From: an uncultured Candidatus Saccharibacteria bacterium
GTDB lineage: Bacteria > Patescibacteriota > Minisyncoccia > Minisyncoccales > Staskawiczbacteraceae
Length of the DNA: 64,000 nt
Reading direction: 5' to 3'
Assembly (NCBI GenBank): GCA_964424305.1
Contig: CAYRHW010000003.1
Span: 4,895-68,894, forward strand
The translations under genes were made by a program, and so were the position numbers. The notes beneath the pieces were generated by a model. The model was not told the DNA's origin. It saw only the letters and a list, made by a program, of their open reading frames with translations, and did no database searches. This document shows positions 8,728 through 15,660 of the stretch, piece after piece (position 1 is the first letter of the stretch; each line of letters opens with the position of its first letter).

Positions 8728-8760
8728 TAAAAACCGCTCTCATTGAGTAGCGGTTTTTAT
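8728..8760. terminator. Bidirectional hairpin terminator
   Basis: AAAACCGCT..loop..AGCGGTTTTT, an A-run/T-run flanked stem, lies just downstream of the gene ending at 8790. Confidence 0.6.
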
Positions 8761-8789
8761 TAGCTAACCAGTAAACTTCGATAATATAT

Positions 8790-9164
8790 CTACGCTCCAG
8801 ATCTATTCCTATTTGACTTCTTCCAGCCGAAAACCAAAGGAATAACAAAAGTTAAAATGTAATATAGGTATACGTCTAATTTGTAATACCCATCTGCTGG
8901 CTTAAATACCCTTACAAGAAAAAAATAATCGAGAATTATCGCAATCAAAGTCCAAACAATTGCCAATAGTAAATAATACGACAGAGAATCACCCTTCACC
9001 TTTTTAAATAATACCCAAAGAGTAATCACAATTCCTATGGGCATAATAACCCATCCGATCATAGATGGGGGCACGATTGCGAAAAGGATTATACCAAGGG
9101 CATAACCAATTAACCAAAGAAGGAATCCCCAACCGAAAGCATCTTTATACACTTGTTTATTCAT
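8790..9164 (-). CDS. Integral membrane protein (about 4 TM), unknown function
   Basis: 124 aa, strongly hydrophobic with Trp/Tyr-rich interfaces. Confidence 0.55.
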   Translation of the reverse strand: MNKQVYKDAFGWGFLLWLIGYALGIILFAIVPPSMIGWVIMPIGIVITLWVLFKKVKGDSLSYYLLLAIVWTLIAIILDYFFLVRVFKPADGYYKLDVYLYYILTFVIPLVFGWKKSNRNRSGA

Positions 9165-9204
9165 AATTTTATTAATTAATTATTATATTAAAAACTAAAA
9201 CTTT

Positions 9205-9690
9205 TTACCACGACCCATTTGTGAACGACATGCCCCCATTTTCAAAATTCATTACTATTAATTGAAAAGTTTTTGCCGCTTTATCAACTGTAAACCAATA
9301 ACAATAATTGCTGTTTAGATTATTTATCGGATCGACTGGAACCGAGGACATATATACGTAATTATTTGAATTAATAGTTGGATACCCAGGCGGAGTCCCC
9401 TTTAGGAAAACCATAAACCCTCCCGTGCAGCTGAGATCAACGGTCCCGCCAACGCCGTAATCCCCACCCCCGTAATCTATCGGGGCAGGGAGAGAACCAT
9501 AATCTGCGATATACATTTGCAGTGCCTTATTTATACTATTCGCATCCATCTTCCTCACTGAATCTCTAGCACTCGCCCTAGCCTTCGAAACAGAAACCGC
9601 AATGATAGAAGATAAAATTCCGATAATAGCTATTACAACTAATAGTTCTATCAGAGTAAAACCTCTTTGTTCCCGGGTATTTTTAATCAT
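9205..9690 (-). CDS. Type IV pilin / pseudopilin (prepilin-type N-terminal cleavage/methylation domain)
   Basis: RGFTLIELLVVIAIIGILSSI is the class III signal peptide with the G|F cleavage site and Glu+5. Confidence 0.9.
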   Translation of the reverse strand: MIKNTREQRGFTLIELLVVIAIIGILSSIIAVSVSKARASARDSVRKMDANSINKALQMYIADYGSLPAPIDYGGGDYGVGGTVDLSCTGGFMVFLKGTPPGYPTINSNNYVYMSSVPVDPINNLNSNYCYWFTVDKAAKTFQLIVMNFENGGMSFTNGSW

Positions 9691-9796
9691 CTATATATAA
9701 CATTATTTACATTAATAATTATACCATTTTATAAAAAAATCACTCCGACTAAGGAGCGATTTTTATGACAATGCCCAACGAGGTTCGAACTAGAGC

Positions 9797-10207
9797 CTAT
9801 TGTGTAACTGTTATTTTCCCCAACATTGATGGGTGTATGGCACACGAATAGTTGTATTCACCCACGGTAGAAAAATCAAATTGAAAACTTTCGCCAGTGC
9901 TTAAAACCGCAGAGTTGAAAACGGCGGATTTAATTTGGTGAGGTACAGAATCTTTATTCGTCCACGACACAGTATCTCCCTTTTTTATAGTTAAAGCCGA
10001 TGGAGAAAAAGCAAAATTCTTTATTTCTATTTTATAAAACTTTCCGCCTGTCTCCGGGTTAATGGGCGGATTATCATTTGGGTTAGTAACTGAGTTTTCC
10101 CCGGCCGGAGCTTTTGTGTTGTACGTTGACCCATTGTATATATAGTACCCTCCAACCAAAATGATTAATATGATAACGATGATTGAAATTAAAATTGTTT
10201 TATTCAT
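9797..10207 (-). CDS. Membrane-anchored cupredoxin (type 1 blue-copper, plastocyanin/amicyanin-like)
   Basis: N-terminal TM segment. Candidate Cu ligands are His in SVPHQIKS and C-x2-H-x2-M in YSCAIHPSMLGKI. Confidence 0.75.
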   Translation of the reverse strand: MNKTILISIIVIILIILVGGYYIYNGSTYNTKAPAGENSVTNPNDNPPINPETGGKFYKIEIKNFAFSPSALTIKKGDTVSWTNKDSVPHQIKSAVFNSAVLSTGESFQFDFSTVGEYNYSCAIHPSMLGKITVTQ

Positions 10208-10223
10208 ATAATTTTTTTAATTA

Positions 10224-10424
10224 TTAAAAATATAATAGAAAACCCAAAACTAAATGTACGCCGACGATACTACAAAGGACGATCGCGTTGCGCCTATGGT
10301 ATTTGAAATATTCTGGATGGCCCCTCGTTATCTTTATGCCTAAATAGATTTGAATACAAAAGCTTATTAAAGCAACGAGCCCCACCCAGAAAACCAAAGG
10401 CTTATTAAATAAGATAATTATCAT
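10224..10424 (-). CDS. Small membrane protein (2 TM)
   Basis: 66 aa and hydrophobic. Only a 3-nt gap separates it from the upstream gene. Confidence 0.45.
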   Translation of the reverse strand: MIIILFNKPLVFWVGLVALISFCIQIYLGIKITRGHPEYFKYHRRNAIVLCSIVGVHLVLGFLLYF

Positions 10425-10427
10425 ATT

Positions 10428-10751
10428 TTATTCTAACTCAAATGGTGCCCCTGGCAAGCGCACATTAAGAATCATATTCCTATTTGCCTCTTTAGCAGGA
10501 TAAATACAATATGTAATCTCTACCCCATATTTTTTATTCATACCCTCAAGAAAAAGACTAATAGCTTTGACGTCCATCTCCGTGAAATGTATTACTCCCA
10601 AATTCAAATCAAACTCAAACTCGTCTACTTGTCCCCTATAAAAGTTCAACCCCCTTTTTCCAAAAAGCTTAAACTCAAAATTTTTGAAAAACGCCAGGAC
10701 TTCGTTCTGCAATTCCTTATTATTTAAAAAACTAATTTTAGATTTTCCCAT
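10428..10751 (-). CDS. Hypothetical protein (107 aa)
   Basis: ORF with host-like AT-rich composition. No motif recognised. Confidence 0.45.
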   Translation of the reverse strand: MGKSKISFLNNKELQNEVLAFFKNFEFKLFGKRGLNFYRGQVDEFEFDLNLGVIHFTEMDVKAISLFLEGMNKKYGVEITYCIYPAKEANRNMILNVRLPGAPFELE

Positions 10752-10920
10752 ATTTCTTACTTTAATTATATTAATCCATTATACAACCAAAGGGCCGTTG
10801 TTGAAACGGCTTCCGGATAAAACGTGGGTGGCTAGACGATTTCCGAACCTATGAGTGAGAACGATGATTCCCCGACCCTGAGTCAACGGTTGAAAAGATT
10901 AAACAATTATTGGTTTTGGT

Positions 10921-10961
10921 TTAAAATAAAAGCCCCGTTCGCTTGTGAGCTACTAGGGGCT
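10921..10961 (-). terminator. Rho-independent terminator of the rSAM-peptide operon
   Basis: The minus strand reads AGCCCC-loop-GGGGCT followed by TTTTATTTT, starting 12 nt after the peptide stop codon. Confidence 0.7.
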
Positions 10962-10973
10962 ACGATGGAACGG

Positions 10974-11138
10974 CTAATCGCCGTCGCCGCCGCACGACCC
11001 ATCGCCATGGCAACCGTCGCCGCTGGAAGAACTGCAACCTTCGCAGTCACTGACGCCGCTATTGCGTCTCAACGGCCTGTTCCAGTGGGCATAACGCGCC
11101 TTGATGAGGGCCAGCTTGATTCTGAGGGTCTTTTTCAT
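10974..11138 (-). CDS. Candidate RiPP precursor peptide, 54 aa: basic leader plus acidic 4-Cys Gly/Ser/Asp-rich core
   Basis: My codon-by-codon translation gives MKKTLRIKLALIKARYAHWNRPLRRNSGVSDCEGCSSSSGDGCHGDGSCGGDGD*. The SD AGGAGGTG lies 6 nt upstream, the gene starts 31 nt after the rSAM stop on the same strand, and a terminator follows. Confidence 0.7.
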   Translation of the reverse strand: MKKTLRIKLALIKARYAHWNRPLRRNSGVSDCEGCSSSSGDGCHGDGSCGGDGD

Positions 11139-11144
11139 GGTAAT

Positions 11145-11152
11145 CACCTCCT
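11145..11152 (-). promoter_or_regulatory. Shine-Dalgarno site of the peptide gene
   Basis: AGGAGGTG on the minus strand, with a 6-nt spacer to the ATG at 11138. Confidence 0.7.
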
Positions 11153-11169
11153 TTCACCCTATCGAGAGG

Positions 11170-12255
11170 TTAATGTGCCGACAATACTCGCCAACACTGA
11201 GGATCAGGCGCAAAGAAATTGCCACCCGAAGCTCCGAATGACACGGCTGGACAACCACGACAATAGCACAGAAGCGGGCACTTAGAGCATGCCTCAAACT
11301 TGGCGATGTCGCGGTACTGGTCCATTCTTTCGGATGTAAAGATTTCCAAGATACTTTGATCGGGCACCTTGCCGATTGGACTATTAAATCGTCTACAGGC
11401 AAATACTGTGCCGTCGGCCAGGATGGCTACATCCCTTGCGCCGATATGGCATCCTGAGACTACCTGGCCGTCGGGATTGACCGACGGATGGAATTTCCCC
11501 TGCTCGTACATGAGAAGCGTCCACAAATGATCCTTGAGAGTAAAGGTGGTTTTCGAACCCTTTGCTTTGAGCTCGGCAACCAAGTCCTGGACTCGCAACA
11601 AAAGATCTCTATACCCCAGAGGGGTTAACATCGCTTCTGCTGGTGAAATCTTAGCAGCGATTCCTGGGCTACTAGACAGCCGTGCGAAAGCAAAGGCGCC
11701 CACGCCCAATTTGTCTACCAACCTCATCGCGTCGAGGAGATCCCCACTGTTTTTCTTGCTAAGGGTGTACATCACCACCGCTCTCATCTTACATTCGACG
11801 AGGAGCTTGATGGCGGCAACTGTCGCAGAAAAACTTCCGGATTTCCTCAGGGAATTGTGCATCTCCTCCATTCCGTCGAGACTCACCTGGTAGCTGACAA
11901 CCCCGAGACTCTTCATCTTGGCGATGTTATCGGCGGTAAGGTGGAATGGATTTCCCATGACACACAGCTTAATGCCTCGACTCGATGCGTACTCCAGAAT
12001 CTCGAAAAAATCGGAACGCAAGAGGGGGTCTCCGCCGGTGAAATTGATCTTGGGATTCGCCCCTGCTGTTTCACAAAAATCAACGAAGGAATCGATCACT
12101 GCCTTGCAGCTGTCTAGAGAAAGCTCTTCTGCAAGCTCACGTCTATATGAAACCGGGTCGTTAACCATGTAACAGTGCAGACACGACTGATCGCAGTGAG
12201 CAGTAATGTGCCATTGGATCACGAAAAGTGGCAATTTATCCTTATCGCGTGTCAT
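11170..12255 (-). CDS. Radical SAM enzyme with C-terminal SPASM (twitch/auxiliary Fe-S) domain; putative peptide-modifying maturase
   Basis: CX3CX2C at residues 21/25/28 (CDQSCLHC) and the GGDPLL SAM motif. SPASM-like elements are CHIGARDVAILADGTVFAC (CX12GX4C), CSKCPLLCYCRGC and DPQCW. There is no N-terminal RRE-sized extension. Confidence 0.85.
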   Translation of the reverse strand: MTRDKDKLPLFVIQWHITAHCDQSCLHCYMVNDPVSYRRELAEELSLDSCKAVIDSFVDFCETAGANPKINFTGGDPLLRSDFFEILEYASSRGIKLCVMGNPFHLTADNIAKMKSLGVVSYQVSLDGMEEMHNSLRKSGSFSATVAAIKLLVECKMRAVVMYTLSKKNSGDLLDAMRLVDKLGVGAFAFARLSSSPGIAAKISPAEAMLTPLGYRDLLLRVQDLVAELKAKGSKTTFTLKDHLWTLLMYEQGKFHPSVNPDGQVVSGCHIGARDVAILADGTVFACRRFNSPIGKVPDQSILEIFTSERMDQYRDIAKFEACSKCPLLCYCRGCPAVSFGASGGNFFAPDPQCWRVLSAH

Positions 12256-12456
12256 TTTGGGTCCTTTCTTCGTGTTAAAGAACTGTTCATCTGTTCTAAA
12301 CTGGGACTCTCTGGCTTCCGCTTAAGGTTAACCTTTTGCCGGGGCTTGTCAACGAAAGGGCTGTTTTTTATCGATTTAGACGTGAATGTATTGAATTTGA
12401 CTCTATTTACGGCTATGATATAGTATAAATAATCCGCCATTTTTGGCGACAAAATT

Positions 12457-13200
12457 ATGATTTACGATAAATTACAAAAAATTGGTCTTTCGGAAAGAGA
12501 GGCGAAAATCTACGCTGCCCTTCTAGAATTAGGGGAAACTAGCATCCAAAGAGTTTCCAAAAAGTCTAAAATTAAGAGGACAACCATTTATAATATAATC
12601 GATACCCTAAAAGAAAAGGGGTTAGTCTCCGTTATCTTTAAGAAAAAAAGGAAGTATTATGTTGCCTCTGATCCCAGAGATTTAGAGCTAAAGCTAGATC
12701 AGCAAAGGAGTATTTTAAAAAATATTCTGCCAGAACTTTTATCAATTTCTAACCTCATTGATAAAAAACCTAAGATAAGGTTTTTTGATGGCATTGAAGG
12801 CATTAAAGAAATATATCTAGACACTCTCAAATATGTAGGGCAACCGCTTTGGGCTTGGGTGACAGACGAAGTGTTCGATGACCTTGATAAAGAATTTGCT
12901 GAATATTACGTTTCTAAACGAGCAGAAAATAAAATTATGGCTTATGTTATAGCTCCGGATACACAAAAAATTAAAAACTATAAAGCCGGAGACATGAAAT
13001 CTCTAAGACAGACAAGAATTGACCCAGAAAGCTCTAACATCGAAGTTGAAATGGATATATATGGAAATAATAAAGTGGCCATAATGTCCTTTGGAGAAGG
13101 CTTTGGCCTTATTGTCGAAAGCAAAAAAATTTACAATACCTTAAAGAGTATCTTTGATATTTCGTGGAAAAATTTGGGACACGGTTATCAACAATTATAG
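12457..13200 (+). CDS. TrmB-family transcriptional regulator (winged HTH plus C-terminal effector-like domain)
   Basis: The N-terminal LQKIGLSEREAKIYAALLELGETSIQRVSKKSKIKRTTIYNIIDTLKEKGLV is the TrmB HTH signature. It is the only plus-strand protein gene and is divergent from the rSAM gene. Confidence 0.8.
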   Translation: MIYDKLQKIGLSEREAKIYAALLELGETSIQRVSKKSKIKRTTIYNIIDTLKEKGLVSVIFKKKRKYYVASDPRDLELKLDQQRSILKNILPELLSISNLIDKKPKIRFFDGIEGIKEIYLDTLKYVGQPLWAWVTDEVFDDLDKEFAEYYVSKRAENKIMAYVIAPDTQKIKNYKAGDMKSLRQTRIDPESSNIEVEMDIYGNNKVAIMSFGEGFGLIVESKKIYNTLKSIFDISWKNLGHGYQQL

Positions 13201-13324
13201 CAACTATTGGGCTCAAAAAACCACCTCAATTAAAAGGTGGCTTTTGATAAGAGTTAATACCACAGTAAGGGAATAGACAGATTACTCGCGATTTTAATAA
13301 ATTGAGCACAATATTTAAACCCAA

Positions 13325-13729
13325 TTAGTTGGTAGGCTTATCTGTGATTGGTCGTATTTGAATTGTTTGAGCCGTTATACTTCCGTCTGTGTTGGTAGCT
13401 CCGTTAACTGTTACCGACTCCCCTATAGCTAGATCACCATAATTCCCATTGGTAAACTTTCCAATTGTTGTAGCATCTGAAAAGAAAATTATTTTTGACC
13501 CACCGGTAGATAATTTAATTGTGATAGATTTATCATCTTTTGATAGTATTTCTCCTGTAGTCATCCCGCCTCCGGCTCTTAAATTTTTTACATCACCTTG
13601 TTGGAATCCTTGCATTCTTTGACCAAACCCATTCTTTGTTTGATTTTTGTTATACTGCACTCCCCCATAAAAAGCCCCGCCCGCTAGAATTATTGCTCCG
13701 ATGATTGCAAAAATATATATTTTTTTCAT
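13325..13729 (-). CDS. Secreted/anchored small beta-rich protein, paralogous C-terminal domain with 17331-17846
   Basis: Signal anchor MKKIYIFAIIGAIILAGG. GEILSKDDKSITIK...DATTIGKF...GDLAIGESVTVNG...GSITAQTIQIRP aligns by eye with the 171-aa protein. Confidence 0.5.
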   Translation of the reverse strand: MKKIYIFAIIGAIILAGGAFYGGVQYNKNQTKNGFGQRMQGFQQGDVKNLRAGGGMTTGEILSKDDKSITIKLSTGGSKIIFFSDATTIGKFTNGNYGDLAIGESVTVNGATNTDGSITAQTIQIRPITDKPTN

Positions 13730-13747
13730 ATTTATTTAATTAATTAT

Positions 13748-14980
13748 TTATTCATACCTTAGGGCTTCTATCGGATTTAACCTAGCTGCCCGTCTTGCTG
13801 GATAATATCCAAAGATTACTCCGATTACCACAGAAACCCCGACCGCAAGAAGCACTGTGGAGAAAGAAACTTTTGTCTGCATTAATCCAAAATATGTAAT
13901 TCCGAATGCTATCATCCATCCTAAAAATACCCCAACTAGTCCACCGATGAAAGTTAGCATCATTGCTTCAACAAGAAATTGGAAGCTAATATCTTTCCTT
14001 TTTGCACCAATGGCTTTTCGTAATCCTATCTCTCTTGTCCGCTCAGTAACCGTTGTAAGCATCATATTCATAATTCCGATTCCTCCAACAACTAAAGAAA
14101 TTCCGGCTATTGCAGCAAGTAATAACGTAAGAGTATTTGTGATACTAGAGGCACTAGCTAATATATCAGACTGATTCTGGACAGTAAAATCCGCTGCAGT
14201 TGGATCAGAAATTTTATGGCGAGTTAATAATAACTCTGTTATCTGTTCTTGAACGCTATCCATTGAACTCGCGTCAACCGCCTGGACATTAATAGTTGAA
14301 AGGTAGGCGCTACCAGCAAGAAACTTTTGAGCAGTAGTTAAGGGAACGTATATTATATCATCCTGATTGTTAAAACCACTTCCGCCTTTTGTTTTTGTAA
14401 CACCGATAACTTTAAATTGCATACCGTTTATCCGTATTATTTGGCCCATTACACTACTCGAGTCAACGTCAACACCAAATAAATCATCTTTAGTTGTCGG
14501 GCCTAATACCGCTACCTTAGACAAGTTTTGGATATTTTGCTCAGTTATAAATACTCCTTGGTCGGTGTCTACATTTTTGACTATGCTATAGGAGGGAGTA
14601 ACCCCCGCTATCGATGTATTGGTGTTTGCGCCCTTACCCACCACTTGGTATCTGCTAGAGAGAACGGGAGCTATATCTTTTATGGATGTTACTTCATTAG
14701 CAATCGCATTAGAGTCTTCTTGGGTTAAAGTTTGCGCAACCCCCCTCCCGCCCCCAACTCCATAGCCGAAGCTTCTCTGGCTTCCGGGGGAAACCATAAT
14801 GAGATTTGACCCCATTGATTCTATATTCGACTGAACAGATCCTTGTGCCCCTTGGCCGATGGATACCATAGCAATTACAGAACTAATACCGATTACTATA
14901 CCAAGAATCGTAAGGCTAGACCTTACCTTATTCGCAGAAAGGGCAATATATGTTTCTTGTAGTGTGTCCCCTATTTTCAT
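13748..14980 (-). CDS. ABC transporter permease, MacB/FtsX-type with large extracytoplasmic domain
   Basis: TM1, then an extracytoplasmic domain of about 230 aa, then 3 TM. The C-terminal YYPARRAARLNPIEALRYE is the FtsX-family signature. Confidence 0.9.
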   Translation of the reverse strand: MKIGDTLQETYIALSANKVRSSLTILGIVIGISSVIAMVSIGQGAQGSVQSNIESMGSNLIMVSPGSQRSFGYGVGGGRGVAQTLTQEDSNAIANEVTSIKDIAPVLSSRYQVVGKGANTNTSIAGVTPSYSIVKNVDTDQGVFITEQNIQNLSKVAVLGPTTKDDLFGVDVDSSSVMGQIIRINGMQFKVIGVTKTKGGSGFNNQDDIIYVPLTTAQKFLAGSAYLSTINVQAVDASSMDSVQEQITELLLTRHKISDPTAADFTVQNQSDILASASSITNTLTLLLAAIAGISLVVGGIGIMNMMLTTVTERTREIGLRKAIGAKRKDISFQFLVEAMMLTFIGGLVGVFLGWMIAFGITYFGLMQTKVSFSTVLLAVGVSVVIGVIFGYYPARRAARLNPIEALRYE

Positions 14981-15660
14981 TATTTTTTTGTATCGCTGAC
15001 CATAAGGCCATCCTTAAGTTGAATAATTCTCTGGGCGTGTTCTGCAACATCATGCTCATGAGTGATTAATATGATTGTCCGTCCCTGCTCAACATTAAGC
15101 CTTCTGAATGTCTCTAAAACAATTTCTCCTGTTTTTGTATCAAGATTACCAGTTGGCTCATCGGCTAAAATTAATGTCGGGTTATTTACTAAGGCACGGG
15201 CGATGGCAACGCGCTGGATCTGCCCACCAGAAAGCTGGTTTGACTTGTGGTCAAAAAATTCTGCATCCAAGCCGGTTGCTTTTAAGGCTTCTCTAGCTCT
15301 TTCCTCGCGTTCCTCTCCTTTAACTCCGGCGTAAACAAGGGGCAGCATAGTGTTTCTTAAAACAGTTGTCCGCGGGAGAAGATTAAACGATTGGAATACA
15401 AACCCTATCTTATTTTTCCTAATATCGGTAAGCTCGTCATCATTAAGCTTCGACACATCCTTGCCATCAAGAAAATATGTCCCGCTTGTGGACGTATCTA
15501 GAGCTCCAAGAATGTGCATCAAAGTGGACTTACCAGATCCCGAGGGCCCCATTATTGCAACGAACTCTCCATCTTCTATTCTGAAACTAACCCCAGACAA
15601 AGCTTGAAACTCCATGTCACCAGTTTTATACACCTTTGTGATATTTTTAACTTCAATCAT
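14980..15660 (-). CDS. ABC transporter ATP-binding protein (MacB/LolD-type)
   Basis: Walker [10 protein letters not shown], signature [15 protein letters not shown] and Walker [12 protein letters not shown]. Start and stop overlap with the neighbouring genes. Confidence 0.95.
   Translation of the reverse strand: MIEVKNITKVYKTGDMEFQALSGVSFRIEDGEFVAIMGPSGSGKSTLMHILGALDTSTSGTYFLDGKDVSKLNDDELTDIRKNKIGFVFQSFNLLPRTTVLRNTMLPLVYAGVKGEEREERAREALKATGLDAEFFDHKSNQLSGGQIQRVAIARALVNNPTLILADEPTGNLDTKTGEIVLETFRRLNVEQGRTIILITHEHDVAEHAQRIIQLKDGLMVSDTKK

Noticed and set aside
10826-10850. tRNA-3'-end-like string (minus strand GGTTCGGAAATCGTCTAGCCACCCA) at the left edge of the GC-rich insert, considered as an att-site remnant
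   Set aside because: I could not fold a proper T-arm or acceptor stem, and found no matching direct repeat at the right edge. It is too weak to call.
10851-11285. 144-aa plus-strand ORF covering the same DNA as the 54-aa peptide gene and the rSAM 3' end
   Set aside because: It runs antisense through the terminator hairpin, has no SD before its ATG, and its Ala/Thr/Arg-rich translation is typical of a shadow frame in GC-rich DNA. The minus-strand peptide ORF has the SD, operon position and terminator.
7818-12449. Similar short palindromes, TCCACCATTTTGGCGGA (7818-7834) and TCCGCCATTTTTGGCGA (12433-12449), considered as a shared operator or mobile-element end
   Set aside because: The first is adequately explained as a terminator stem followed by a T-run. 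The second has only a 4-bp stem. Two short GC-stem/AT-loop hairpins can resemble each other by chance.
12252-12452. 66-aa minus-strand ORF whose TGA overlaps the rSAM ATG (ATGA), considered as a coupled leader gene or second precursor
   Set aside because: Its start lies 5 nt from the divergent TrmB start codon, leaving no promoter space. A TTGACA element sits inside it. It has no SD and no Cys, and its composition is low-complexity and basic. It is more likely the 5' UTR of the rSAM operon. The ATGA overlap is noted but insufficient.
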